From contig NC_068981.1 in assembly GCF_001194135.2 (NCBI RefSeq), positions 177,006,561 to 177,070,560 on the forward strand: a stretch of DNA of 64,000 nt. The letters are read 5' to 3'. The position numbers were made by a program, and so were the translations under genes. Shown one piece after another: positions 52,600 through 63,980 of the stretch (the stretch's first letter is position 1; each line of letters opens with the position of its first letter). This stretch comes from Octopus bimaculoides (Eukaryota). The notes under the pieces were generated by a model. It did no database searches, had not been told where the DNA came from, and was given only the letters and a program-made list of their open reading frames with translations.

Positions 52600-53633
52600 T
52601 GACTGTTCAAAAGAGACTTGTAACTAGTAGCAACTTCTCTTGAAAATAGACAAAATTTGGCATCATGGTGTAATCAGGTAGCTACGGAAAAAGAGTTTAG
52701 CTCCCCTTGACATTCATGTTGACATGGTTGCTACATTAGAGGATGATGCTCCAGCTTTGTCAATGGTGCAAAAGTGGGCAGCTGAATTTAGGAGGGGAAG
52801 AGAGTGTTCTGAAGATGATGCAAGGTCTGGGCATCCTGCAACTGCCACCACATGGTGATGGATGGCAGCCAATTGACTATAGATTAAATAGCCAATGCTA
52901 TTAGCTTTTCCATGAGAGAGTTGAGAATATTTTGCACAATGAACTCAGCATGATTAGGGTTTTTGTTCAGTGGTACACCAGGCTGATCACATCATGGGAA
53001 AATCTGACATTTTTTAAGGCAAATCCTGCTGGTTTCCTTGAACATTTCCTAACCCAGGATTAGTGTTGACAGAGACAATCTATGGAGTAGAAACATCCCT
53101 CCTCACCTGCTGCAAAGAAGGCCAAGTATGTTTCATCTGCATGGAAGGTGAGGGCCTCTGTTTTTGGAGATACAAAAGGCATTGTGTTTATTGACTATCT
53201 TCAAAAAGGCCACACCATCAATGGAGAGTACTGTGCGAACTTGCTGAGGCAGTTATGAAATGCTTCTAAGATCAGGTGCTCAGGAAAACTGACAGAAAGA
53301 GTCTTGTTTCATCAGGACAATGCACCAGCACACAAGTTCTTGCTTTCAATGGCTGCTGTGCATGACTGTAGCTATGAACTGGTTGATCTCTCTCTCTCTA
53401 TTTTTGTGATTTGACCCCATCTATCATCTGTTCCCTAACATGAAAAACCACTTGGCTACCTACTGTCGATAACTTTTTTGACCAACAGGATCTTTTCACC
53501 AATGCAATCCAAACACTACAACACCAATGGAAGAATTGTGTGGACTACAAGGAGCACTATATTGAAAAATAAACCTCATTGGGTTCATTCTATGAGAGTA
53601 TCTTGGTCAGCCTATAAATTTTTCAGTTGAGCC

Positions 53634-53638
<5 letters not shown>
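52600..53638 (+). pseudogene. Decayed mariner transposon with transposase pseudogene
   Basis: IDKIWHHGVIR*.., DDAPALSMVQKWAAEFRRGR..EDDARSGHPAT, KGIVFIDYLQKGHTINGEY, VLFHQDNAPAHK and HLFPNMKNHLA, ending IEK* at 53570-72. Right TIR remnant 53605-53638. Many stops and frameshifts. Confidence 0.92.
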
Positions 53639-53670
<32 letters not shown>

Positions 53671-54269
53671 CCCCAGGCTATGGCAGAAAACTTACCCAAA
53701 GTATTGCACAGTGGGATTGGAACCTTACAGCTGCAAAGAGAACTTGTTAACCATTCAGCTATGCCTCAATCTGAAAAAATTTTTAACTACTTGGTAATGA
53801 ATTAGAATCTCTTCTAAAACGTGCCTTACACATGTTTATTTCCTACATGATGATTATTTGTAATTATTAATTAAAACTCATATATGTGTATTCTTTATTA
53901 CATTAATATCAAAGTGAGAATGACTGCTCAATACTGCATTGGTGAATAAATATTTTTTATTTGTGGGTTAATCAGACTACTATTGGCTTTTTGTTGAGAG
54001 CGATATCTCTCAGCTATTATTCAAGTCTGTCACATAGGATGCTGTGTTTGTCTCCATTTTGGATGAAAACAACAAAATCACAGTAGTTAAGGTTGTTTAC
54101 AGATAAGTTATGAATGAGACAGCCTTAACTTAACTTTTTAGAATTTGAGGAAAATTGTGTTAGTCTGTATAAGCAAAAGTTATATTATGAAATTCTTGAG
54201 TTTGGATAAAATTTATAAAATTGATCCTTTGTCTCAGGATGAAATAATTTTTCTCAGACATATGGTCAA

Positions 54270-54543
54270 TGTTACGGTGAAAATCACGACACCCCCCGTG
54301 AAAATGGACTAGCCAAACTTGTATAAGTAGCAGCATGTTTGACTGAGAGAGAGAGAAATCATAGTAAGTTGAAAGGTGTCATTTGTGAGTTCATGGAGTC
54401 GCAGGAAATTATAGAAAAGTTGTTATAGTTCATTGAGAGTTGTTTTGGATTGGTTACAGTTGTTGGCAGAGTATTTGGGAATACATCAAGTGGAGACGGT
54501 TTTTGTCTCCCCATTCTGTAGTATTGTATAATACCCTGTTACA
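54270..54543. mobile_element. Possible LTR-like segment
   Basis: Starts TGTTAC and ends GTTACA, retains CpGs, and lies ~100 bp before the Gypsy pol relic. No TSD, PBS or second copy seen. Confidence 0.25.
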
Positions 54544-54639
54544 AGTCCACAATATAAAAGGGATGACAAGGGTATCCATATTACAAAAGCTTGGTCATTA
54601 ACAATTTTTTATGATACAAAATATTCGTTACTTATGGAA

Positions 54640-55857
54640 GACCTATCAGCTGACATACAGTTGCAGTGCAACAGCAGAAAGCAAAAGTGTTAGTGTTAAA
54701 AAATGCAACAAACTTGTTCAATACTGTCTGGATGGAGTTGTTTGATTTATGGGACCTCCCCATAAATCTGTTCTATAAAAATATAAATGATTGTTCCTCC
54801 AGTAAGAATAAGGCATCAGATGAATTGAAGAAAAAATTTTAAAATGCTTTTCCTGAAATGTTGTCGGATAAGTTAGGTTTGTGTACTAAGACTGAGGCAT
54901 GTCTCTAAATTAAGGAAAATGCAATACCAGTGTTCAAACCAAAATGAACAGTACCTTTTGCTGCGATAAAACATGTTGATGAAGAATTAGAGAGATTAGA
55001 GAAAATTGGAGTCATCCAAAAAGTGGAATGTGCAAAATGGGCAGTCCCAATGGTGTGTATTAAAAAGAAAGAATAACAAAATCAGGGTGTGTACAAATTT
55101 TTCCACTGGCTTGAATGAATGTCTGAAAACATGTCACTCTCCACTACCTACTCCAGAGGATATTTTTGCAAAGTTAAACGAGGGCAAGATATTTTCGAAA
55201 CTGGATTTCTCCAACATGGACTTACAAGTTAGAGTAGATGAGGAATGCTCAAAATACTTAACAGTGAATACACATAAAGAACTATATAAATATTACAGAT
55301 CACCATTTGGTCTAAAGGTTGCACCTGCAATTTTTCAACAGGTTATGGATGCAATGTTAGCAGACTGTGAATTCACAATTCCATACCTGGATGATATATT
55401 AATTAAAAGTGAATCTTGTGATCAGCATGTAAAGTGTGTTTTTGAAATAGTAAGAGATTACGGTTGCTCACTGAGTGAGGAAAAAATGTGAATTTTTAAA
55501 ACCTAAAATTAAGTATTTAGGACAAATTATCAACAGGAATGGATGATGGCCGGACCCGTTGAGGGTAGACACAATTAAAGATATGCCTCCTCTATAATGA
55601 CCTTACAAGCTTTTCTAGCTCTAGCGAATTATTATCAAAATTATACACCAAACCTGCATGAATTGAGAGCTTTACTAAATAATTGGCTAAAAAATGATGT
55701 GAAGTGGAATTGGTCAAATAATTGTCAAAAGGTGTTTGATGATATTAAAAAAATATAAATATCGGATTTGTCACTGGCTCATTTTGATCCTGCAGCAGAG
55801 ATTGTTGTAGCTTCTGACACTTCTGAATATGGCATAGGAGCAATAATGTTACAAAAA
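54640..55857 (+). pseudogene. Ty3/Gypsy (K02A2.6/Mag-like) pol fragment: RT plus start of RNase H, disrupted
   Basis: VPFAAIKHVDEELERLEKIGVI, KIRVCTNFSTGLN, PLPTPEDIFAKL, PFGLKVAPAIFQQVMD, PYLDDILI (YLDD 55384-95), KYLGQII, LAHFDP..IVVASDTSEYGIGA. Frameshifts near 55070 and 55488 and several stops. Confidence 0.93.
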
Positions 55858-55859
55858 TT

Positions 55860-56020
55860 AGTGGGAACGTGGCAGAAAATCAGGGTGCTAAACAAAATGT
55901 TTTACTCTGCTTTGCTAAGTCTGAGTTCTCATTTCAACATGGTGACTTTGCCTTAAGTCTCCCAGTGTCAATAGAATAAGTACAAGTCAAGCTTAGGATT
56001 GAATAAAGTTAACTGCACAT
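55860..56020 (+). mobile_element. Old SINE B truncating the Gypsy fragment
   Basis: GTGGCAGAA..CAAAATG..CTGAGTTC..GACTTTGCC..AATAAGTAC. Confidence 0.65.
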
Positions 56021-56315
56021 TTCTTTCAGAATTTGTAACGTTGTACCAACATTGTAAATTTGTTACTTATCAGAAATTTTGGAGTAATTATTGGACAAAA
56101 TATCACATGACACATTTTCTGTTGAAAATTTGTTTTACTAAAAGTATTTAACTTGCAGATTTGGAATTTATGTAATGTTTCTTTCCAACTGAACAGAAAA
56201 CATAACAACACATTTAACTATACCTTGATTTATTGTTTGTGTGTGTATGAAAATATATTTGTAAATCTTAAAATTTTCTGCTTACTTAATCTATTAATTT
56301 TTTTCTTTTTTGTAG

Positions 56316-56421
56316 AAAAATGTCGTGATGCATTAGGTATGCAGACAATGGAAATACCAGATTCTGCAATTGTTGCCAGCTCTTCCTATGATGAAGATAC
56401 TGTGGGACCAATAAATGCTCG
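56316..56421 (+). CDS. DDR: Discoidin domain receptor (DDR1/2-like RTK), first discoidin-domain exon
   Basis: Acceptor TTTTTTTCTTTTTTGTAG, then AA + KCRDALGMQTMEIPDSAIVASSSYDEDTVGPINA + CG and donor GTAGGT (phase 1/2). It resembles DDR1 KCRYALGMQDRTIPDSDISASSSW..RHSR and the invertebrate SSSYD..VGP..AR motif. Other F5/8C proteins are not fully excluded from one exon. Confidence 0.85.
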
Positions 56422-56444
56422 GTAGGTAGAAGTACACTATATAC

Positions 56445-56846
56445 TCTTTTACTTGTTTCAGTCTTTTGACTGTGGCCATGCTGGAGCACCGCCTTTAGTC
56501 GAGCAAATCGACCCCAGGACTTATTCTTTAGAAGCCTAGTACTTATTCTGTCGATCTCTTTTGCCGAACTGCTAAGTTATGGGGGACATAAACACACCAG
56601 CATCAGTTGTCAAGCGATGTTGGGGGGACAAACACAGACACACAAACACATACACACATACATATATATATATACATATATACAACGGGCTTCTTTCAGT
56701 TTCCGTCTACCAAATCCACTCACAAGGCTTTGGTCGGCCCGAGGCTATAGTAGAAGATACTTGCCCAAGATGCCACGCAGTGGGACTGAACCCGGGACCA
56801 TGTGGCTGGTAAGCAAGCTACTTACCACACATCCACTCCTACGCCT
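56445..56846 (-). mobile_element. SINE family A, young full-length copy with 9-bp TSD
   Basis: ACTATATAC at 56436-44 and 56847-55. Most CpGs retained. Confidence 0.95.
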
Positions 56847-57374
56847 ACTATATACATATATATATCTTGATACTTAGAATGTATAATATGGTTTTAAAGT
56901 AGAAGCTTAAATGTATTTTAAAAGTTTTTTTCTTATTTTTAATTAATTGTACCCAAATTAAGAAAATATGTTGGACTCAGAAAGTAATATTTGAACTGCA
57001 TTATATATTAGATTATATCTTAAAAACTTTAAAAACTTTGCAGTTGAAGAAAGATGAAACTCAAAGCAAAATTGGCATATTAATGTCACCAGAATTTTAA
57101 ACTGTTAAAAAAATAATTAAAACAAGAAAAAAAAAAACATTGTTTAAACAATTAATGGTTTTGGTAAGAGAATTTTAGTGTGTGTATGTGTTTGGCAAAT
57201 ATTTCTCCAAAACCTTTACAAAGTGGAATGAGTTTGCTGCGAAGAGAAAGAGAAGTTGATATTTCAAGTTAGGCCCTTCATCAAAACATCAAACTGCCTA
57301 CAACAAACTAATTTAATCCACTTTGTGATCTTTGTGTTTGTAATATATATAGACTTTATTTACTAGATATTTAC

Positions 57375-57394
57375 TATATATATGCATGTGTATA

Positions 57395-57425
<31 letters not shown>

Positions 57426-57427
57426 GC

Positions 57428-57481
<54 letters not shown>

Positions 57482-58135
57482 NNNNNNNNNNNNNNNNNNN
57501 NNNNNNNNNNNNNNNNNNNNNNNNNNNNNNNNNNNNNNNNNNNNNNNNNNNNNNNNNNNNNNNNNNNNNNNNNNNNNNNNNNNNNNNNNNNNNNNNNNNN
57601 NNNNNNNNNNNNNNNNNNNNNNNNNNNNNNNNNNNNNNNNNNNNNNNNNNNNNNNNNNNNNNNNNNNNNNNNNNNNNNNNNNNNNNNNNNNNNNNNNNNN
57701 NNNNNNNNNNNNNNNNNNNNNNNNNNNNNNNNNNNNNNNNNNNNNNNNNNNNNNNNNNNNNNNNNNNNNNNNNNNNNNNNNNNNNNNNNNNNNNNNNNNN
57801 NNNNNNNNNNNNNNNNNNNNNNNNNNNNNNNNNNNNNNNNNNNNNNNNNNNNNNNNNNNNNNNNNNNNNNNNNNNNNNNNNNNNNNNNNNNNNNNNNNNN
57901 NNNNNNNNNNNNNNNNNNNNNNNNNNNNNNNNNNNNNNNNNNNNNNNNNNNNNNNNNNNNNNNNNNNNNNNNNNNNNNNNNNNNNNNNNNNNNNNNNNNN
58001 NNNNNNNNNNNNNNNNNNNNNNNNNNNNNNNNNNNNNNNNNNNNNNNNNNNNNNNNNNNNNNNNNNNNNNNNNNNNNNNNNNNNNNNNNNNNNNNNNNNN
58101 NNNNNNNNNNNNNNNNNNNNTATATATATATATGC

Positions 58136-58174
<39 letters not shown>

Positions 58175-58312
58175 TGTGTATATATATATATATATATATA
58201 TGCATGTGTGTATATATATATGTATATATATATGTATATATATGCATGTGTGTAGATATATATATGCATATGTATATATATATACACATATAATGTATAT
58301 ATACATATATAT
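57375..58312. repeat. (TA)n with TGCATGTG interruptions, spanning gap 57482-58120
   Basis: Directly visible. Confidence 0.95.
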
Positions 58313-58520
58313 AAAAAAACAAAGGACAAGCACAAAATGCACCAAAAAAAAACGATGACGCGAAGACGTGGTACATGTAAATTATTAGCAGACACTCAGG
58401 GAAGGAAAGAAAGGTGGTTTTACACTTCGAGCAAAGCTCTTCTTCAGAAACAGGAAAGTCCAATAGAAAAGGAAGACAGAGAGAAAAAAATCGCCAACAA
58501 CATGTGGTTACATTTTGAAA
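58313..58520 (-). mobile_element. Short Penelope/retrozyme-like repeat between (TA)n tracts, hammerhead-bearing
   Basis: Contains the motif at 58417-58451. The flank 3' of the motif (CTTTC..CTTCCCTGAG) resembles that of the 38.2-kb copy. Confidence 0.6.
58417..58451 (-). ncRNA. Minimal type-I hammerhead ribozyme motif with a mutated GAAAC
   Basis: Minus strand GUUU-CUGAAGA-A-GAGC(UUU)GCUC-GAAGUGUA-AAAC. CUGANGA is intact and stems I and II pair; GAAACGUA has become GAAGUGUA. Confidence 0.62.
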
Positions 58521-59398
58521 TATATATATATCGTTGATTGTACATTCACTATGTGTTTTGTTTATTCACCTGTATGATCAATAATGTTTACTATACTAGA
58601 GCTGCCTTTAATTCATAATTTAAGATATACTGTATATACATATATACATACATATATGGACATGTACGATATGTAGTAAAGTATTCTACTGTGAGGTTTA
58701 CCTTTGTCTCTCATTTCTTTTCAATCAGTAAAACATTCTAATATACTGGAGTTGAATGTATTATGAAATGCACACTAGTTGGTGAACAAGTAAAATGTAA
58801 ACATTTTAAAACTTTTACTAATATCACTAAAATCCTGGAGGGCTACTATAGATTTCACAGCTGATTGTTGATAAACATTATCAATATGATAGAATCATAA
58901 ATACATCAGCTTCATTGAAACAGCACACTTACACAAATATGACATCAATTCGGTGTTAGTATTGATCCGAGAAAATGTTGTACTTAACAAAAACTCATTC
59001 TTAATTAAATCTGATATTACTAATTAAACAAAGGAACATATCAAAAATGTTCATTGACACTTATTTAAAAGAACGAAAAATTATTGATCAGTTATTTAGC
59101 ATTTACCCAAAATTGTTACTATATTGTAGCAATGTTTTAGCTATTTTAATCAAATAATGTAGCATACTATCTCTTCATTTATTGATTTAACAGGATTTGT
59201 AAATCAGTGTTCATATATTATTCATCAAAGAAATATTAACTATTCTAATGCTGCTCACTCACACTTAGCATATTTTCAACACTTTCACAAAATTCTTCTA
59301 ATGTATTATTTGATAGCATTTCAGTATAGTTATATCAATTCTCATTGTGTGTGTGTGTAGATATGTATGTATATCTATGGAGCAGAGAGAGCAAAAAG

Positions 59399-59654
59399 AA
59401 GCATGGATGAATGGTTAAGAAGTTCACTTCCCAATCACATGGCTCTAGGTTCAGTCCCACTGCATGGCCCCTTGGTCAATTTTTTTTTTAATGATAACCT
59501 GGGCTGACCAAAACCTTGTGAAACTGAAAGAAGCCTGTCGTGTGTATGTGCCTGTGTTTGTCCCCCACTACCACTTGACAACCAGTGTTGGTTTGTCTAT
59601 ATCCCTGTAACTTAGTGGTTTTGCAAAAGAAACTAGTAGAATAAGTATCAGACT
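59399..59654 (+). mobile_element. SINE family A, decayed and 3'-truncated
   Basis: GGTTCAGTCCCACTG, GAAACTGAAAGAAGCC, TTTGTCCCCC, GAATAAGTA. Confidence 0.85.
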
Positions 59655-59802
59655 ATGACTAAACTTTTTATGAAAGAGAAGAAAAAAGAAGATAAAGAAC
59701 TGGGAAACAAGAGAAAGAGAAAGACAAAATGTACAATACCAAATGAGATGTGTTTTGTCTGACCCATGTTAAAATGATGATGATTATTATATATCATCAT
59801 AA

Positions 59803-59989
59803 GGCAGTGAGTTGGTAGAATCATTAGCATGCTGGGCAAACTGTTTAGCATTTTATTCATCTGTACAATCTGAGTTCAAATTTTGCCAAGGTTGACTTTG
59901 CATTTCATCCTTTTCGGATCAATGAGCTCTGGGTTCAATGTAATCAACTGCATTCCTCCCACCAAGTTTCAGGCCTTGTGCTTATAGTA
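59803..59989 (+). mobile_element. SINE family B, decayed
   Basis: GGCAGTGAGTTGGTAGAATCATTAGCATG..CTGAGTTCAAATT..GTTGACTTTGC..CAGGCCTTGTGC. Confidence 0.85.
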
Positions 59990-60192
59990 TATGTCCACTT
60001 CTCTATCCTGATATGGGATTGGGCAGATTTTCTGATGCAGTATTTTATAGTTTGAATGCCCTTCCACTTGCCAATCTTATCAGCTACTTTATACAATATC
60101 TAGGGACGTAACATACCTATTCTAAAACCCAGATATGCACAGATAAAGTATGAATGTATACATACATACAAACAAGTGTGTGTATTTTGTTA

Positions 60193-60250
<58 letters not shown>

Positions 60251-60260
60251 CACTCTGTTC

Positions 60261-60477
60261 AACAGAGTGTAAGCCCCGTAAGAGAAAGTTAGGCATAAGA
60301 GGCATCAGATGTGTGCAAGAGAGACCATTGCACTGGTATGGTCATGTGATGCATACGGACAAGGACAGCTGTGTAAAGAGGTGCTGATCTCTAACTGTGG
60401 AGGGAACCTGTGGTAGAGGTAGACCCAGATCTTCGAATGTTGAGTCTCACAGAGGCAATGATTAGTGAGTGAGACTT
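60261..60477 (+). pseudogene. RTE-clade LINE ORF C-terminal fragment
   Basis: KLGIRGIRCVQERPLHWYGHVMHTDKDSCVKRC*SLTVEGTCGRGRP matches the RTE C-terminal RLRWFGHV..GRGRP motif. Confidence 0.85.
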
Positions 60478-60769
60478 NNNNNNNNNNNNNNNNNNNNNNN
60501 NNNNNNNNNNNNNNNNNNNNNNNNNNNNNNNNNNNNNNNNNNNNNNNNNNNNNNNNNNNNNNNNNNNNNNNNNNNNNNNNNNNNNNNNNNNNNNNNNNNN
60601 NNNNNNNNNNNNNNNNNNNNNNNNNNNNNNNNNNNNNNNNNNNNNNNNNNNNNNNNNNNNNNNNNNNNNNNNNNNNNNNNNNNNNNNNNNNNNNNNNNNN
60701 NNNNNNNNNNNNNNNNNNNNNNNNNNNNNNNNNNNNNNNNNNNNNNNNNNNNNNNNNNNNTATATATAT

Positions 60770-60874
60770 ATGTTGTTGTACTTGGGGATGGTCATATTGC
60801 CAGTTTAGCCAATAAAAACACACGCACTGTATTGGCTAAACTGGCAATATGACCATCCCCAAGTACAACAACAT
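60770..60874. repeat. Perfect inverted repeat, 45-bp arms with a 15-nt spacer
   Basis: Arm 60770-60814 (ATGTTGTTGTACTTGGGGATGGTCATATTGCCAGTTTAGCCAATA) is the exact reverse complement of 60830-60874. Confidence 0.97.
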
Positions 60875-60923
60875 TTGTTTCAACATACGATTTCACATCA
60901 AAAATCTTGCAAAACAAATATGT

Positions 60924-61113
60924 GCAGGTGACACGTAAAAGCACCTACTACACTCTCTGAGTGGTTGGCGTTAGGAAGGGCATCCAGCTGTAGAAACTCT
61001 GCCAAATTTAGATTGGAGCCTGGTGTTGCCATCCGGTTTCACCAGTCCTCAGTTAAATCGTCCAACCCATGCTAGCATGGAAAGCGGACGTTAAACGGTG
61101 ATGATGATGATGA
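60924..61113 (+). mobile_element. RTE-type 3' UTR/tail, young
   Basis: TTGGCGTTAGGAAGGGCATCCAGCTGTAG..CATGCTAGCATGGAAAGCGGACGTTAAACGGTGATGATGATG, with a (GAT)n terminus. Confidence 0.8.
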
Positions 61114-63586
61114 TATATATATGTGTGGGTGTGTGTATGTGTATTATATATATATGTGTACTACATACATGTGTGTCTGTATGTATATGTATTTTATACA
61201 TACACATATTAAATAGAAGCTAATGAAGATGAAATTTTCTGTTATTTTCTCTGTATTCATTAATTCGTATTGAACAGTTAGATTAAATTATAGCCTTTGC
61301 CAGATATAAAACTATACGCAAGTGTTCCTTGCTTGTGCTTGTAACTTCCATTTCTTTTAGGCTTATATTTTGGCTTCCCTGCTGAGATTCAGAAGGTTTG
61401 CAGGCAATTGAAAATATAATTGAATTTTTCAGACTATGCTCTGGTTCCTGTGCCAGATGATGAAATCTTTGTCAGCAAACCTAAAATGTTTTCGTTAATT
61501 AAAATACTCCAACTGAATAAAATGGGTTAGGAATTGTATTCTTTTTTTTATGCTTCATTAATTTTAATCTTATTCCCAAGATAGCTTCATAAATGGTCAC
61601 TTGAAACATGAATAAATTAAATATATTGAGTAAAATCAATTCTAAAGCTGTGTATTCTTGTATATTCAGAAATTATAAAAACAATGAGAAAAAGGGTAAC
61701 TATATATTTAGAAATCATTTAAAGAAATTGATTTAACATTCCAAAGAGGAGAAGTAAAACAAAAGCAAATGCATTCTGTTCCACTCTGCTAATGTTTCTT
61801 TATACACTGAGATACATAAATATATCCATACATATAAAGTAGTTCCTTCAATCTCCTGCATCATATTTGTTCTTCTTCTTTTGCTTCTTCTTTTCATTAT
61901 TATTATTATTATTATTATTGGGCAGTAAACAGTTAGGCAGAAAGATGACAGTTTTAACGAAATCTTTAATGTATGGAGGAAGGTTGGGGAGGAAAAAAAA
62001 ATCAATATTTCCCCTAATTAAGAAAGGATTGTAAGCAACTTAATCAATAGTGAGGAAGAATGCAGTTGAATTCCATCTCCTTTCTTTCCAGAAAAATGAG
62101 AAAAAAATAAGGTTTCTTGTACATTTGCTACTTTTGCTTTCTTTGTATCATATTCTTTCTCTCACATGGAATTTCCTTGGACAAAGAGAAAGTAATAACA
62201 TTAAATTGACAAAGATTTTCTATAGTCATAGAGGCTTAAGCAATTCTGAACTGAAAGTTAAATTTGATTAAGGAATGAAAAAACAGAAAAAAAAAAAGGG
62301 ATTTATTTTTGTTTCTTTTCATTCCTAGCTTTTTTAAAAATATTTTTACTTGCTTTCTGACTTGATTGTATAGGAATATTCTAAAACTGAATTAAAATTA
62401 CGCAAAGGGTAAATTCTTAGGTGATTAAAAGTGGCATGTAGCTTTGTTTGTGGAACTAGTTTTCATCATACTGCTAATGATAATAACTTAAAGTTGATAA
62501 ACCCCCATCAAACTTGGAAAACTAGAATGAATCTATTAAGATGTGATTGATTTTTCTTAGTAGCATATCAAATTATCAGAATTGTATTGTAGTTGTGCAG
62601 AGTACTGAAATACCATGTAGTTGACCAGAATGTCAAAAAGTTAAGCTGTTGTCTTCTTTATATATGTCAGCCAACTATCTGATAAATTAAGTGAACACTA
62701 GGACACTATTTCTTTATATTATTGACAGAAAAACACATTAAAATTAAATCTGCATTCAGTGATGCTGGTTATTGAAAATTCAATTCAATATAGAAGATAC
62801 TAGCTCTTTGTATAGTTAGTTGAATAAATTGCAATAATGATAATATGGAAAATGTTTTGAAAATATGAATCATTTCTATGAAACTGCAAATAATCACTTT
62901 AATTTTAGGTAATACTTTAGCTGATTGTACATTATTAGATTTCAATATGATTATATTTATTAGAGTCAAGGTTTAATTGACTTGTTCCAAGATCAACAAA
63001 CAATCAACCACAACTATTTTAATGACGTTAAAGGATGAGAATAAAACAGAGGTAGTCAGAGTTAAAGGGGGAAAAAAGAGAGGATTTTTTAAAGTAAATT
63101 TTAGAATTAAGGGGAAAAAAACTACAAAGTTGCCATATTAAAGCCTTACTATTGAAAGAACACGGTAAGGGGAGTTATGTCAATTTCAAATTTAAATCTT
63201 CACATCCTTTTAGAATTTTCCATATTCTCTACTATGTGTGTACATGTTCACTGTGCATGCACACACACTTCATTGGTTTTAATGATGAGTATTCCAATTG
63301 TTTGATCAACTGGACTCAGTGAATTATAGTGCAAATGGCTAAGGATTCCACTGACTCTTAGACCCTTAACATAATCCTCAGATTCACCATGTTACTGTGT
63401 GAGAAGGCTGACCTTTTGATTTTCAGGCACAGTTCATTTGACAAGCTTCCACACAGTTTATGTCTACACCATTTTACTAACAAAACTTGAGCTGTCACAA
63501 GGCAATGATAGAGGATAATTGTCAAAGATGTCATATGACAGTTAAACTCAAGGCATCTAGATAGTGATGTAAATTTCTTTATCAAC

Positions 63587-63625
<39 letters not shown>

Positions 63626-63809
63626 TGTACTGTTTTTATACCAATGACCAGTTAAATGTCTTTTTGTTTCCATCTGTTTTTAAAATTCCAAGACTATTTG
63701 CTTTTAGTTAAAGAATGTTGATTGCTACATTCTAATATTTAAATTATAAAGGAAGTCGAATCTTAAGAGTCTGGAAATGATTGCATGTAAAGTATGTGGG
63801 TATTGCTTT

Positions 63810-63980
63810 AGGCTAACTAGTTAAAAATATCTTTAGGTTCAAATCCCATCAGTTTTGGCTTTGCCTTTTCTCACTGTTAGGTCAATAAAATAAGCACTAA
63901 GAATGAGATCAATTTGATTGTCTTTATTCCTTCCCTGCAATTTTTTTGATCTTATGCCAAAGTTAGGAATCAATATTTAA
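63810..63980 (+). mobile_element. Very old SINE B-like relic
   Basis: GGTTCAAATCCC..GCTTTGCCTTT..GTCAATAAAATAAG. Confidence 0.45.

Noticed and set aside
58337-58537. 66-aa plus-strand ORF
   Set aside because: It is the antisense reading of the hammerhead-bearing repeat. No coding evidence.
60443-60477. AGTCTCAC..GTGAGACT short inverted repeat
   Set aside because: Only 8 bp, and within the continuing RTE-derived sequence.
61012-61030. GGAGCCTGGTGT encodes GAWC, like the DDR GAWCP motif
   Set aside because: It lies inside an RTE tail repeat, is preceded by an in-frame TAG, and is out of frame with a phase-2 acceptor.
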